Shown: piece by piece, positions 1-16,998 of the stretch | Position numbering within the stretch: the first letter of the stretch is position 1 | Layout: each line of letters starts with the position of its first letter | Source of the DNA: the human T2T-CHM13v2.0 reference genome, Homo sapiens | Strand: one strand, 5' to 3' | Assembly (NCBI RefSeq): GCF_009914755.1 | Contig: NC_060931.1 | DNA: 64,000 bases | Notes under the pieces: generated by a model | Databases searched by the model: none | What the model saw: only the letters and a program-made list of their open reading frames with translations | Told to the model about the DNA's origin: nothing | Translations under genes and position numbers: made by a program

Positions 1-667
<667 letters not shown>

Positions 668-829
668 TCAATTGGCAACCTGGGGAGGCCCCTCTGGTAT
701 TAGTGAAGTAAAGAAGGTGGTGATGAAAGACCAAGCTGAAGCCATTAATCCAGGCCTTTGAATTGCACTGGCATCTTCACCTCCATCTTCTCCACTCTCA
801 TCTTCAAGCCCATCATCCATAAGACGCTC
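668..829 (-). CDS. HERPUD2: HERPUD2 exon 9 coding part: ERLMDDGLEDESGEDGGED...SAWSFITTFFTSLIPEGPPQVAN*
   Basis: AG at 831-830, TGA at 670-668; exon lengths sum to 1221 nt = 406 aa plus stop. Confidence 0.97.
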   Translation of the reverse strand, partial: ERLMDDGLEDESGEDGGEDASAIQRPGLMASAWSFITTFFTSLIPEGPPQVAN

Positions 830-1289
830 CTTTCAAGCAAAACAAGAAAGATACTCCTGAGTGATATGAACGAGCATTAGCTCATAATAGAATACAGTTA
901 AATTCTTTGTAGAACAAAGGACTATGAAGTGGTATGTATGTGGTCATTAGAAATCTTTAAGGCCAAAATTGATAAATTCCTCACTGTTCCGTAAAGGGGA
1001 CAACTGCCAATGCAATACAATAAATTCTTACCATGTGTATAATTTTATTTCTAGGCTATTTTCAAGAAAAAAAAAGTTACTTCTTCCCATTTAGTTATAA
1101 TATATGACTGATTCAGTATAATATTCTAAGTTCTCCCAAATGAAACCACCACAATTTATATGTTAGTTTTCTTTCATGTGCCATTTCACAAATACTTATG
1201 GAACATCCAACATTCTTTCATCATGTTGGTCCCATACCGTGCTGGGAAAATCTCAGTATCTTAAGTATACAAAAGCTTCAATCACATAC

Positions 1290-1407
1290 CATTTCTTCAA
1301 GTTCCAAGTTGTTTGCATTTTGCCCATCATTGTTAACTTCGGCATTATTGTTGGGAGCCTGCTGATGACCTCCTTCTTGCCTAAAAGGAAACCATCCAGC
1401 TTGGTGT
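1290..1407 (-). CDS. HERPUD2: HERPUD2 exon 8: HQAGWFPFRQEGGHQQAPNNNAEVNNDGQNANNLELEEM
   Basis: aacAG acceptor, GTATG donor; 118 nt, phase 2-0; GWFPFR motif. Confidence 0.96.
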
Positions 1408-2112
1408 CTGTTCAGTAAAATAAAGAGAAAATAAAATAAGTCACAGTTGTTTTTATTTGTAACACTATAAAATGTTATTAGTGTCCTATAAGAGAAAAAT
1501 GATTAAAACTATAATAAATAAAAAGACCAAATCTCCCACTTCAGGACAGGGAACTACCCTTTTCAAAGCAACGACAGCAAAAGAAAACCAACCCAAATCT
1601 CTAAGTCTATCATGGACTCCACTGGCTCTATGTTAGTTATTAAAACATATCAGGAATCATAAATCTTTTCTGGTACTTTTCAAAATGAAATACAACTTAG
1701 ATATTTGTTTGCCCCTTGGAGAGAAGGGAGCAGGGGAAAAATAGTCTACTTATGAAAAAAATCTGGCTTATACCTATAGAACTTACTATTGGTAATTCTA
1801 ATGAAAGAGGATGACCTTATGCAGGAGTGCATCATACACTTGTTAAGTTCGAAATAATGGATAGAGTATGTCTCACTGAATGAACAACTTTTATAAAATA
1901 CAGTAAACAAAAAATCTGCTTCTAAATAATTCTGATAAACATTCTCACTCAACAAAACCTTCCCTTGCTTTTGGCATCAAAAACATGCCAGATATCTAAA
2001 GCCCAGCATTCATATTCCTTCACTCAACATTCACAACAGACTACCCTACACCAGATTCTGTGCTGAACAGTTGCAGAAATTAAACCACAAAAAGTTAATG
2101 AACATCACTCAC

Positions 2113-2436
2113 AAATAAACCAGTAGCATGGCTCCCATTACCATGATAAACCGACTAAAAGAAGAATAGAAGTATACAATGCTAAGGAGAATCGCAGCTC
2201 GTGAGAACGTGTACATCCAGTCTAGCCAGTCTCGATTGAAGTCTTCTTCATTTAGTACTGGACCTCCCTGTGCATTCATTTGAACATTCTCATTCATGGG
2301 TCGATTTTCTTGGGCCACTAGGTTTGGAGCTGGTGGGGGTTCTTCTCCAGGAACATGTGCCAAATTTAGAGGCTGTGAAGTAGTAGGCTGGGTTGGGTTG
2401 ACATTTGATGTGGCCTGAGCTGAAACTGCAGCTTGA
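2113..2436 (-). CDS. HERPUD2: HERPUD2 exon 7: QAAVSAQ...NAQGGP...RDWLDWMYTFSRAAILLSIVYFYSSFSRFIMVMGAMLLVY(L), including the hydrophobic segments
   Basis: Inside track ORF 2109..2630; tttcAG acceptor, GTGAGT donor; 324 nt, phase 2-2; HERP-family NAQGG and RDWLDW motifs. Confidence 0.97.
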
Positions 2437-3820
2437 CTGAAATAGTCACCAAAATAAATATTAAAAAGAAAAAAAAACTTTACCATACCATATTTTTTTA
2501 AACTTCTTGGGGAGCTATATGTATTTTTCATAAACCTAATATGGAATATCCCAACTCCTGCACCACATTTCTTAGGTAAGCACAAATTCCAATGGAAAAG
2601 TGGAGCCAAGGTTGATGGTAGATGTCGCACAGGAAAGGATGTTCTCTCAGCCTGCTATTGTAAGATGACAGGGGAAGGCAAAAGACGTGAGAGCAGCCAT
2701 GTTAACCACTCCTCTCTCTTTCAATAAATTACCTTAACAGCTAATGAGATGTCCAAACCTTTTCATGAATGCCCCCTTTTGTTATTCTACATGGGATGAA
2801 TACTCCCAAGCTCACCACCTACCTCTCCCTCAGACCCACGTTTTGAAAGGCTTGTCTAAAAATATATACTATTATTATACTGTGTGTCTACTGTCAGTGA
2901 TAAATGATTTGTATTAGTATCCTAAAATCCTAAATACATCTCAGATAACAACCCTTCCACCCCAATACTGATTTGGAAGAACTCCAACTGGGGACCACTG
3001 ATCCTTGTCAAGTTAGAAAGAATTGTGATTCTGAGGTTTGCTTATATAATTTGATTGCTTAAAATTTCCCAGTAAAGAATAAATTTCCTAGTAAAGTGAT
3101 AATATATCTTGGATTTGCTTTAAATTATCCAACAGAAGGAAGAAAGTTGTAAAATAAGACTGACATGAATTGATAAATGTCAAAGCTGGGTGATAGGTAC
3201 ACATGGATTCCTTTTACTACCCTACCTTGTTATGTTTTTAAATTTTTCTACAATAAGAAGTTAATAATCAAGAGAGCACAAGAAAGTTAAATAAGTGGTT
3301 CCCAGGCTACAAAATCCTATTTAAGCCAGTATGCTAATACCTTGTACCTGTATAGGGCTTTTTAGTTTAGAAAACACTTCCTACTTCATGAATATTCTGA
3401 TACACAGGTGAGTTACATTACTTTAAAGGGGAGAAACTAAGGCTCTCAAGTTAAATGATGCACATAAGAGTATATGATTTAGCAGCAAGCATAATAAGCC
3501 CCCCTTATCTTACACAGTTCTTGTGAGGTTCACAAACGAGACAAGGTGGGGTACAGCATCCAGCAGAGTACTGAGCACAAAGCAGTCACTCAAATGATAA
3601 CCATTACCATGGCAACATGTAAGGTATGAACATCCTGTCTGGAGCCAAGGGCTTATGAAAGAGAGCCTTAGGATACGAGGTTCATAAAGCAGCTTAGCTT
3701 TATGGGGAAAGGTCTGGAGGAAGGACAAGGATGTAGACTTCACAGTGGGCAAGAGAATCAGTGGATATCTGGGTGGCTGCAGGAATGACTGACTTAATTA
3801 TGTGTTAAGAAATGTAACCT

Positions 3821-4116
3821 GGCAAACCGGGCATGGTGGCTCATGCCTGTAATCCCGGCACTTTGGGTGGTCAAGGCAGGCAGATGGATCCCTTGAGGCC
3901 AGGAGTTCAAGATCAGCCTGGCCAATGTGGCAAAACCCCTGTCTGTACTAAAAATACAAAAATTACCCAGATGTGGTGGCACATATCTGTAATCTCGGCT
4001 ACTGCGAGGCTGAGGCACAAGAATCGCTTGAACCCGGGAGGCGGAGGTTGCAGTGAACCAAGATTATGCCACTGCACTCTAGCCTAGGTAACAGAGTGAG
4101 ACTCTGTCTCAAAAAA

Positions 4117-4119
<3 letters not shown>
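3821..4119 (+). mobile_element. Alu (S-type)
   Basis: Full dimer; TSD aagaaatgtaacc at 3807-3819 and 4185-4197. Confidence 0.93.

Positions 4120-4183
<64 letters not shown>
4117..4183 (+). repeat. Compound tetranucleotide STR (AAAG)7 then (GATA)10, grown from the Alu tail
   Basis: Counted directly; lies inside the Alu TSD pair. Confidence 0.95.
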
Positions 4184-4184
<1 letters not shown>

Positions 4185-4219
4185 AAGAAATGTAACCCAG
4201 CAGCAGTATAAGGAAATAC

Positions 4220-4960
4220 AGTAAAAAGACTAAAAGGAGAAAGAGCTATTGAAGTCAAGTGGACTTAGAATGAGAAAAGATCTGGGTGAAACATTGGAGG
4301 TAGCATATGGGGAAGGACAAAAGCTCTATTAACTCTTCATAAAATACTGCTTTCAGGAATAACAGAAGCCAGAATCAAAGCTGTTTATGGTTAAGAGCTT
4401 GAGTAATAAGAAGAGAGCTAGTATGACTGACGAAGAAGTGAGAAAGGAGAAGGCACTTAAAGAACAGAGGAATTGAATTTTAGATGTACTGAATTTGAGG
4501 TAAAGGCTCATTCCCCTATGGAAATCTTCCAACAATAAAGCAGAGACACAGGATGAAGCACAGGAGATGAAGAACCAGGATTCATCCACAGAGAGCTAAC
4601 AACTAAGACCACGCAAAAAAGAAATCCAAGAGAACTACCCCAACAACTAAATCCCATCCTCTCTACCGACTATGAGTGCTGAGAAGCACGTAGTAACAAA
4701 TACGTGATGAACTGAGAAAGAAATGTTAATAAAATGAGCTATTAAAGGACACAGAAAGAGTGACCAGAAAGATAAAAAAGGTACGGAAGACAAAAGAATC
4801 ACAGAAACAAGGAGAGGAGAATGGTAAAGAGAAGCTAATCCATGTTAAATGAATGCAGAATGAGTTGAGGAGAATGAAGGCTGAGAAAGTGTCCTCAATG
4901 CTAGGACTGTTCCATGCTGACCAGAATCAAAACGGACTAAATACTGAGAGTCAAGTAAGC
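4220..4960 (-). mobile_element. Degenerate L2 fragment
   Basis: Purine-rich plus strand with L2-like phrases (ttttagatgtactgaatttgagg; ttaaatgaatgcagaatgagttgagg). Confidence 0.45.
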
Positions 4961-5327
4961 ATATTAGCTGCACTTGAGCCCTACATAAGCTATGGCCTCC
5001 CTGACATGATTCTATTCCTTTACTCATTTGACTAACTCTTCATGTATATTTGCTGCCTTCCAGTGAAACATTCCTAAGTTTTCTCCTCTTAAATTTATAA
5101 AATGTTATATTAAAAATCTGAATACTGCTAAATGTAATTAGGGAAGACAGGGAGGAGCCAAGGGCAGGGTTAGTTCATGTGAACTGGAGGTGAACCCTTT
5201 TTCCTTTAGTCAAAACAACATTAAATACATAAACAAATGAAATGCCAAATCAACTTACTTAGGATAAAAAGAAAATAAAGCAAATAACACACTGAGTAAC
5301 TTAAAAAATGAACTCAGATTAACTTAC

Positions 5328-5450
5328 TACTGCATATAATACTGATGAGCATACATCTGTTGCCACCATAGCATCTGCAGTGGGCTAAACGCGGGATACA
5401 CTGGGAATCCAGGTGGAGCAGCTTGCCCAGGAAATTGGTTGTCTACATTT
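5328..5450 (-). CDS. HERPUD2: HERPUD2 exon 6: NVDNQFPGQAAPPGFPVYPAFSPLQMLWWQQMYAHQYYMQ(Y)
   Basis: cttgcAG acceptor, GTAAGT donor; 123 nt, phase 2-2; HERP-family QMYAxQYYMQY motif. Confidence 0.96.
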
Positions 5451-6000
5451 CTGCAAGAAATAAATAATGAGCTCTTTTAATGCTCTAGCAGCTAAAAGTA
5501 TTATTCTAAATTTTCATTTCTGAACCCCAAGTCAACCATTGACAGAATATATTTAAATCTCACTGAAAAGAAAAATACTTACTTTCAACGATTCTTCAAA
5601 TAAGACAATATGTCTTACATAAGTTGACCCAGGGCCCAACTATATAGAATAACTAACATTTCAGTCCAGTTTTAAAGGGAAAACAAAGAGAAACACCACA
5701 AAATGTACATCCAATCTAAACATTTATTATCTTCCCATTTCATTACATGAAGCCAAAAATACCTTCATTTTAAGTACATTTTCCTTAAGAAACAAAGCCC
5801 TAAAATAAATTTCATGACAAAATATTTTGGGGAATGGTGAAATAGACAAATGATATTTTATATTAGTAATAAACTATTATTAAAATATAGCAGCTATGAG
5901 CTGTAAAATAAAAAAGAACATTACAAAAACCTGTAAAATATTCTGTAAAGAGACAAGATTAGTAGAACATGTTCACATATACATTCTTAAAGTAGGTTAA

Positions 6001-6351
<351 letters not shown>

Positions 6352-8319
6352 TAACTTCTCCATACTTCAGTTTCCTCACTTCTAAAATGGATCTAATAAT
6401 AGAATCTTCCTCACAGGATTCTTATCCTGTATTCATGAAATGTTAGCTAGTTTTATTTTTACTCTCCCCCATTCCAACACCGAACATGATGCCAAAGTGT
6501 ATAATGTGAGATTTGTAGAAAATCACATATATCAAGACAACTACAGAGATAAACAGGTAAGAAAATGCACAATTCTTTGTGAATTTGCTAACTCTTCTTC
6601 ACATTACTTGATTTTTATCTTTAGCTGATACTAGTTTGGTCTATCCAGAGTGAGACAAGAATAAATTCATTAGCTATAATTTTATATTCTAAAGACTGTT
6701 TACACATACAATTGGTAATAATTGATTATAGAAACCTAACTTAGAAGAGCCTGGGGAGCTAAGCCTTATCAACAGGCTATACTTAAAGAAACGTGGTGCT
6801 AGGTAAGGCATCACCTTCCCCACATATTACCTGAACTTTCCTTATTCTTGATGGAGCAGTGGCAGCCACATAGGGTCCCATCCTCAAAAGACCCTTCAAT
6901 CTCCTAATATTTTATATATATTTCCTTCATATAGGGTCCTATATAAGGGGGAAAAAACTTCAGCTCTCTTGGACACAGGACAACAGATGACACAGCACCT
7001 CCCCACCTCAAAAAAAGCAAACCTCAACCCAGTTATTCCTTTAAAAAGATGTCAGTTAGTGAGCAACTCTGGAGAGAAAGCCATACCACTGAGGCAGAGA
7101 AGTATTTTAAAAACATTTGTTTTGTACAACTCAGCATTTACACCAGGGAGCTGATGCATCTCTGAGCAAATCTATAAAACTACCTAAATCAAGTATTACA
7201 GCAATATGCTGTATCTAGATGTATATTTTAAATTTTATTAGTATTTCCCATTATGAAAAAACCCATCCCCTTGAAAGTAAATCTCCACCAATCTCTATCA
7301 TTAATAAGAATGTCAAACAAGTCTGTTACTTCAACTGTAAAATGGGAAGGCTGGAGTTTGTCACTGTTTTTAAAGCTCAAGGGAGAAAAGCCACTAACCA
7401 TTACTTTTTTAAAAAGTTATAGCTTCCCATGTCACCCTCCTGCATGCTGCCCAAAACATATGGAGAATATAAGGTGATTGTTGAAAATATGTTGCCAAAA
7501 TAAATAAATAACCTCCCCAAGTATTCTTCCCTTTTTCCCTAATAAGTTAGAAAACTACTGGACGATATAATTGCCAAATACATCCCAGGCCCAAGAGGAC
7601 ATACTATAATTTTCAGTTGTGTTCATTACCCTCAGACAAGATGGTATGCATTTGGTATTCTCCAGAAACAAGGAATAAAGGATCTGATGCTAAATTATAA
7701 AGTTATTAATAAAATATATAGGAATAGATACAATGAAACACATTACTTAAGAATTTAATATATGTTAGAGGATGCATCATTAAACAACAAGTTAAAGAGA
7801 ACTGTTATTTAATGCTAGGAAAAAAGATGATCAAATCTGTGGGGAAAAGGAGTTTAAAAGCTTCATCTCATTCTGTATATTCAAATAACAGAGCTGAAAT
7901 AAAGTATTAAGAGTGAAACCACAGATAGCCTAGAAGAAACTAGAATTATTTACCAACCCTTTGGAGGAAGGACTTTCCTAACTTAAGTAACAGAAGAAAG
8001 AAGAAAAAAAATCAACATATTTGACAACAAAATTTAAAGAGAAATGGCTAAGAAATGTTGCAATAAATTGTAGTTAATATGTTTTCTATATAAAGAACTG
8101 ATAGAATAATCATTAGGATATCAACTATTAATTAAAGCAAAGATAGCTTTTTTAAGTTTGTTTGCCAAGGTAGAAAAGATTAAATAAAAATATCCATTAT
8201 TGGCAAGAGGTACAGGTAAAACCTAACTCTTTGATTGCTAGTGGCAGTATAAATTGGAATAAGCCGTTAAAACACAATTACAAAATTAAAGACCTTTAAA
8301 AATGTTTTGCTCTATGGAA

Positions 8320-9945
8320 AAAAAATTCTAGCTCATGGATAAGAAGAATCAATATCATTAAAATGGCCATATTATCCAAGGCAATTTGTAGATTCAATGC
8401 AATCCCTATGAAACTACCAATGACATTTTTCACAGAACTAGAAAAAACTATTTTAAAATCCTTATGGAACCAAAAAAGAGCCTGAATAGCCAAGGCAATC
8501 CCAGGCAAAAGGAAGAAAGATGGAGGCATCATGTTACCTGACTTCAAACTACTGCAGGTCTACAGTAACCAAACCAGCACAGTACTGGTACAAAAACAGA
8601 CACACAGACCAATGGAACAAAATAGCCCGGAAATAAGGCTGCACACCTACAACTGTCTGATCTTTGATAAAGCTAACAAAAAACAAGCAATGGGAAAACT
8701 ATTCAATAAATGGTGCTAGGATAATTGGCTAGTCATATGCAGAGGATTGAAACTGGACCCACCTTCCTTACATCACAGACAAAAAATCAACTCAAGATGG
8801 TTTAAAGACTTACATGTAAAACTCAAAACTATAAAAATCCTGTAAGACAACCTAGGCAATACCATTCTGGACACAGGAATGGGGAAAGATTTCATGACAA
8901 AGATGCCAAAGCAATTGCAACAAAAGCAAAAATTGACACATGGGATCTAATTAAACTTAAGAGCTTCTGCACAGCAAAAGAAACTATCACCAGAGTAAAC
9001 AAATACCCTACAGAATGGAAGAAAATATTTGCAAACTATACATCAGACAAAGGTCTAATATCTAGCATCTATAAAGAACTTAAACAATTTTAAAAGAATA
9101 GAAAAACATTTAAAAAGTGGGCAAAGGACATGAACACACACTTTTCAAAAGAAGATATACATGTGGCCAACAAGCAAATGAAAAAAAGCTCAACATCACT
9201 GATCACTACAGAAATGCAAATCAAAACCATAATGAGATACCATATCACACCAGTCAGAATAGCTACTATTAAAAAGTTAAAAAATAACAGATGCTGGCAA
9301 GGTTGCAGAGAAAAGTGAACACTTCTACACTGTTGGTGGGAGTGTAAATTAGTTCAACCATTGTGGAAAGCAGAGTGGTGATTCCTCAAAGAGCTAAAAA
9401 CAGAACTACCATTTGACCCAGCAATTCCATTACTGGGTATATACCCAAAGAAATATAAATCATTCTATCATAAAGACATATGCATGTGAATGTTCATACA
9501 GCACTATTCACAATAGCAAAGACACAGAATCAACCTCAATGCTCATCAATGACAGATTGGATAAAGAAAAAGTACATATACACCATGGAACACTAAACAG
9601 TCATAAAAGAAAATGAGATCATGTCTTTTGCGGGAACATGGATGGAGCTGGAGGTCATTATCCTTAGGAAACTAACGCACGAACAGAAAACCAAATACCG
9701 CATGTTCTCACTTATTAGTGGGAGCTAAATGATGAGAACACATGGACACAAAGAGGAGAATAACAGACACTTCAGCGTACTTGAGAGTGGAGGGTGGGAG
9801 GAGGGAGAGTATCAGAAAAAATAACTACTGGGTACTAGGCTTAGTACCTGGGTGACCAAATAATCTGTAAAACAAACCTCCATGACACGAGTTTACCTAT
9901 GTAACAAATCTGACCGTGTACCCGTGAACCCAAAAGTTTTTCAAA
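8320..9945 (+). mobile_element. 5'-truncated L1 (old L1PA13-16 class): ORF2 3' part and 3'UTR
   Basis: Broken ORF2 peptides (track ORFs 8531, 9130) and a 3'UTR ending in acctccatgacacgagtttacctatgtaacaaa. Confidence 0.88.
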
Positions 9946-10289
9946 AAGCTTTGCTCTTATGCCCAACTGCCCAAGTAATTCTATTTTTGAAAATTAGCTT
10001 ATAGAAATATGAAATATGGAAAAAAACTTCACATCTCTGCCCTTTAATAAAACCTTTATACATACTCCCACTTCCAGCCTGCTGTCCTCTAATAATAGAG
10101 AGAAACTGGAGACAGGGACAATAGCTCATTAATTTTTTTAAAAATAGAGGATGTTATCATAGCACTTATCGCCACGTTGAAACTGCCTTTTTAACCGCAC
10201 ACCTATGTAGACATTTACTCTCTGACCTATCTACTTTGGCCCATTCCTACTGTAAGACACAAATCTATCCTAAATACAGCAAAGCCAAA

Positions 10290-12280
<1,991 letters not shown>

Positions 12281-12288
12281 ATGAGACA

Positions 12289-12420
12289 GCTGGGCTTCCC
12301 TATAGTCATAGATACTCGGGAGGCTGAGGCAGGAGGACTGCTTGAGCCCAGGAGTTCAGGGAAGTCTGGGCGATATAGTGAGATCCCATCTCTAACAAAA
12401 TAAAAATAAAAACTAAAAAA
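12289..12420 (+). mobile_element. Alu monomer (FLAM-like)
   Basis: Single arm with A-rich tail; flanking aaagaatg(a/g)gacagct repeat. Confidence 0.75.
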
Positions 12421-12519
12421 TATATATTATATAAACAAAGAATGGGACAGCTCTTGTGTATTAATGTGGTGCAGTTGTTAATATATTTAGTGAAAAAACA
12501 AGATATAGGCTAGTGTGTA

Positions 12520-12711
12520 CAGTAAGCCCTCACTTCCATTGTCAATAGGTTCTTGGAAACTGTGACTTTAAACAAAATGATGTATAACAGGTCCTGGAAT
12601 AATGTCATATTTTTATAACATTAATGAAAAAAAAGTTGGTTTTGTTAATATTGTTTCACTTAAAGTTGCAGTTTCCAAGACCCTATCGTGATTTTAAGTG
12701 AGGACTTACTG
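12520..12711. mobile_element. TcMar-Tigger-type MITE (MER82-like, tentative)
   Basis: Terminal inverted repeats cagtaag(c/t)cctcactt...; TA on the left flank; ~65-nt inverted arms. Confidence 0.75.
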
Positions 12712-13257
12712 CATAGAAAGTATGCCATTATGTGTTAAAATAAACACACATATACACATGCACGCACATACACACATACTTGTGTAAGCACATTTTATCT
12801 CTAGAATAATACAGGGGAAACAGCTAATAATGGTTGCCTCTAAGGAGGGCAAGTGGTGTAAGACATAGAAATGAAACTCTTACATACTTTTGTTTCGTTT
12901 TGTTTTGAACACGGTACCACTCACATGTATTACCTCTTAGAAAATAATTTTAAAAATAAATTGCCTGTTTAATCTACTGTCTCTCTGACCAGTCTCTGTG
13001 TTCCTAAGAATAGGGAATGGGCTTTATCCATTATTACTGTATCTCTAGCATCTAGCACAATAAATATGTTTTGAACAACTTCATATGAGCATTAAGAAAA
13101 TATTGAAAATAAAATACTGATTATAAGCAACTATTTAATCTAGTAATTTGTAAATTCCACTTAATTATTCAACATTAAATGAAAACATGTAAGGTTACCA
13201 ACACAGTAAAAATTTCAACTATATTAAATAAAAACATTTACAAAGTAAAGGATAATG

Positions 13258-13555
13258 AGCTGGGCACAGTGGTTCAAGCCTATAATCCTAGCTACTTGGG
13301 AGGCTGAGATGGTAGGACTGCTTGAAGCCAGGAGTTTGAGACCAGCCTAAGCAACATAACGAGACCCTATCTCTAAAAAAAAAAATTCAATTAGCTGGGC
13401 ATGGTGGCACATGTCTGAAGTCCCAGCTACTCAGGAAGCTGAGGTGGGAGGATCAGTTGAAACCAGAAGTTCAAGGCTGCAGTGAGCTATGATGGCACCA
13501 CCACACTCCAGCCTCATCGACAGAGTGAGACTCCATCTATTTAAAAAAAGAAAAA
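13258..13555 (+). mobile_element. AluJ-like
   Basis: Diverged full dimer with J-type features (gcagtgagctatgat). Confidence 0.88.
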
Positions 13556-14669
13556 GCAAGCAAGCATACTGGAAGAAAATACAAAATGTTAAATTAATTG
13601 TCTTCTTTTTTTGGCAAAAAGCAAAATAAAATAGCAGAAACATGAGGAAAATGTAACTATTTGGAATGTGTAATATGCCTGTCCCCATAGAAAATGTCAT
13701 ATTCTTTATGCAAGGAAAACTGAGTAAGATAATAACCTGGTTTCTCCCTCTGCCCCTAGGAAATTCACAATGAGGAAACAGCTGAAATAAACAAGCTGGA
13801 GGAAATCACAGCTGGTGGCAGAAGTTCTGACAGCTTGTTTTTTTCTTTTCAGATCGGCTATACTAGTTAGCACTGTAGGATAATAACAGAAAAAAGGGAG
13901 CAAGGCAAATTCACTGAAACACATAAAATTACTGGAGTACCTTAGAAATTATGAAAAAAAAACCAAGAAGGAGAAAGACTGTCATTCACAATTATATACT
14001 TGAAAGCTATACCAAAATACAATCATCGTAGGTTTTAAAAAGTTAAAATTACAGAGGAGAAGAGATTAAAGGAACTGGAAACTTCAGGAACAAACTTTCA
14101 CAGGAAACTTGTTAAATTAGCCTTGCTTCCCCCACCACTCCATACAAGCGACCAAGCAGCAACCTCATGGAATCCCCACTGTGTTCCCAGAAGCCTCCTT
14201 TTCAAGACTCTGCGATTGCTTTATTCTCCCTATTAACCCCCTTCAAGGCAGCTCAAATGTTATCACCTCTGAAGCCCTTCCCACTCCTCCAAGCAGAGAT
14301 AGTCCCACCCTCCTCCAGGCTCCCTCAGCATTTTTTTCGAGGCCATGACAGCCCATCAGCAGATGGTAATTCATTTGCCTATCTGACCTACTTTCAGTGA
14401 GAAAGTACAGAATTCATTTTCCTCTCCTGAGTGCCTAGTACACAGCAGATTCTAAAGTAAACATTTACTGAATGAAGTCACAGGGTCTTCATGCAAATAG
14501 ATTTGCTCACACAGTCACCAATACTTAAAATCTGACGGGTAGATCTGACCAGAAAAAAGTTTTGAATTGTGGTTGGAGGTGGGACACTGCCATTATGAAC
14601 AAAGTCAAAATACGAATGATAACCTAGGAAAGAACAGTGAAACAAATGATAGACAAAATAGTCACTTCG

Positions 14670-14900
14670 GCAATGCTGTTAAGAATATAGGCCTCCAAGT
14701 TAAAAATGGATTTGAATTCTAGTTCTGCTATTGTGAACTTAGGCAAACTGCATAACCTTTAAGTCTCATTCTCCTCATCCATAAGTGGCAGATAACAGTG
14801 CTGAGACCAGAGTTTTTATAAAATGTAGTGAAGTAAGGCACATATAGGTGCTTAATACAATGCCTAACTTCTGCTAATGCTCAATAAGTATTAGTTATTA
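14670..14900 (+). mobile_element. MIR
   Basis: MIR core (tttgaattctagttctgc...ctcattctcctcatccataag...ctcaataa). Confidence 0.65.
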
Positions 14901-15353
14901 ATATCCTTTTGGATAAAGTGTGGTAAATGAATTTTTAAAGATAACCACCACACCAACAAATAAGCAACTCACAAAACATAAAGAATGCCTCTTTATCATG
15001 TCTCAGATTAAAACAAGGACATTCCAACTTATCACGTTAGCAAGTACATATCTGTACAAGTAAAGAGACTCAGGATCTTCAACATTACCGAGAAAGTAAA
15101 CTGGTACAACTTTACTGCAATTTTGCAAGTCTTTAAGGGCCTCAAAAATCTTAAGAACACTTTTGATTCAGGAATTCCCTTTGTCACAATTTATCCTAAA
15201 ATAATAACTGCTAATATGTAAGCATACATATTTAAGAATGCTGATTATGGTAATATTTCACGGGAATAAAACTGACCAAATATTTATGGTAAAAGATCGC
15301 CCCAGTTCTTCAGTCTTCTATAACAGGATTATACATGCATACTATGTGCCCCT

Positions 15354-15521
15354 CAGTGGCAAAGCTGGTTTACGCTGGCTTACCTGGCTCATAACAGTAG
15401 ACTGCTGAGCCATGATGGGAGTATTTACACCAGAGAAATCAGCAAATGCTACAAATCTAGGGCTTTATTTCCCTCACCCCCACCAAAGCCAGCTGTTAAG
15501 CATTTACCAGCACAGCACCTG
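15354..15521 (+). mobile_element. MER63-like hAT MITE inside a MaLR LTR
   Basis: gccatgatgggagtatttacacc...gctacaaatc and terminal catttaccagcacagcacctg resemble MER63 as recalled. Confidence 0.6.
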
Positions 15522-15865
15522 ATGTAATTTTGCAATACTTCCCCCTCTCAATGCTGCTGACCTGTTGAGAGTGGCCATGTGATTGCTTTGGCCAATGTAG
15601 TATTAGTAAATGTGACAGATAGAAGACTTCAAATGTGCTCAGTCATTAGCTTGCCCTCTTGTCTTCCTGTCATTTGCCATGAGAAGAATGTGTGCCACGA
15701 AATTACTGATCTAAAGAGAATGAGAAACTTGAAACGGCCCTGAACTCAATCTACAATCCAAGAAAGAGCTGCACCAGTGACTAAAAGATCTGTGAACAAG
15801 AAAAATAAAATGTATTGTAAGCCACTGATATTTTGAGGTTAGCATGCAGCAAAACTAACTAATAC
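15522..15865 (+). mobile_element. MLT1-type MaLR LTR fragment
   Basis: ggccatgtgattgctttggccaatg; taagccactga...gcaaaactaactaatac 3' end. Confidence 0.6.
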
Positions 15866-15947
15866 GCTCTCCATCAATATATGTGTGAACAAATTAGTAA
15901 ACCTACATAAAGAAAAATCATACAGACTTTAAATGTTGTGGATTTAT

Positions 15948-16998
<1,051 letters not shown>

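Noticed and set aside
2437-2630. N-terminal part of track ORF 2109..2630
   Set aside because: Intronic read-through upstream of the exon 7 acceptor; only 2113-2436 is coding
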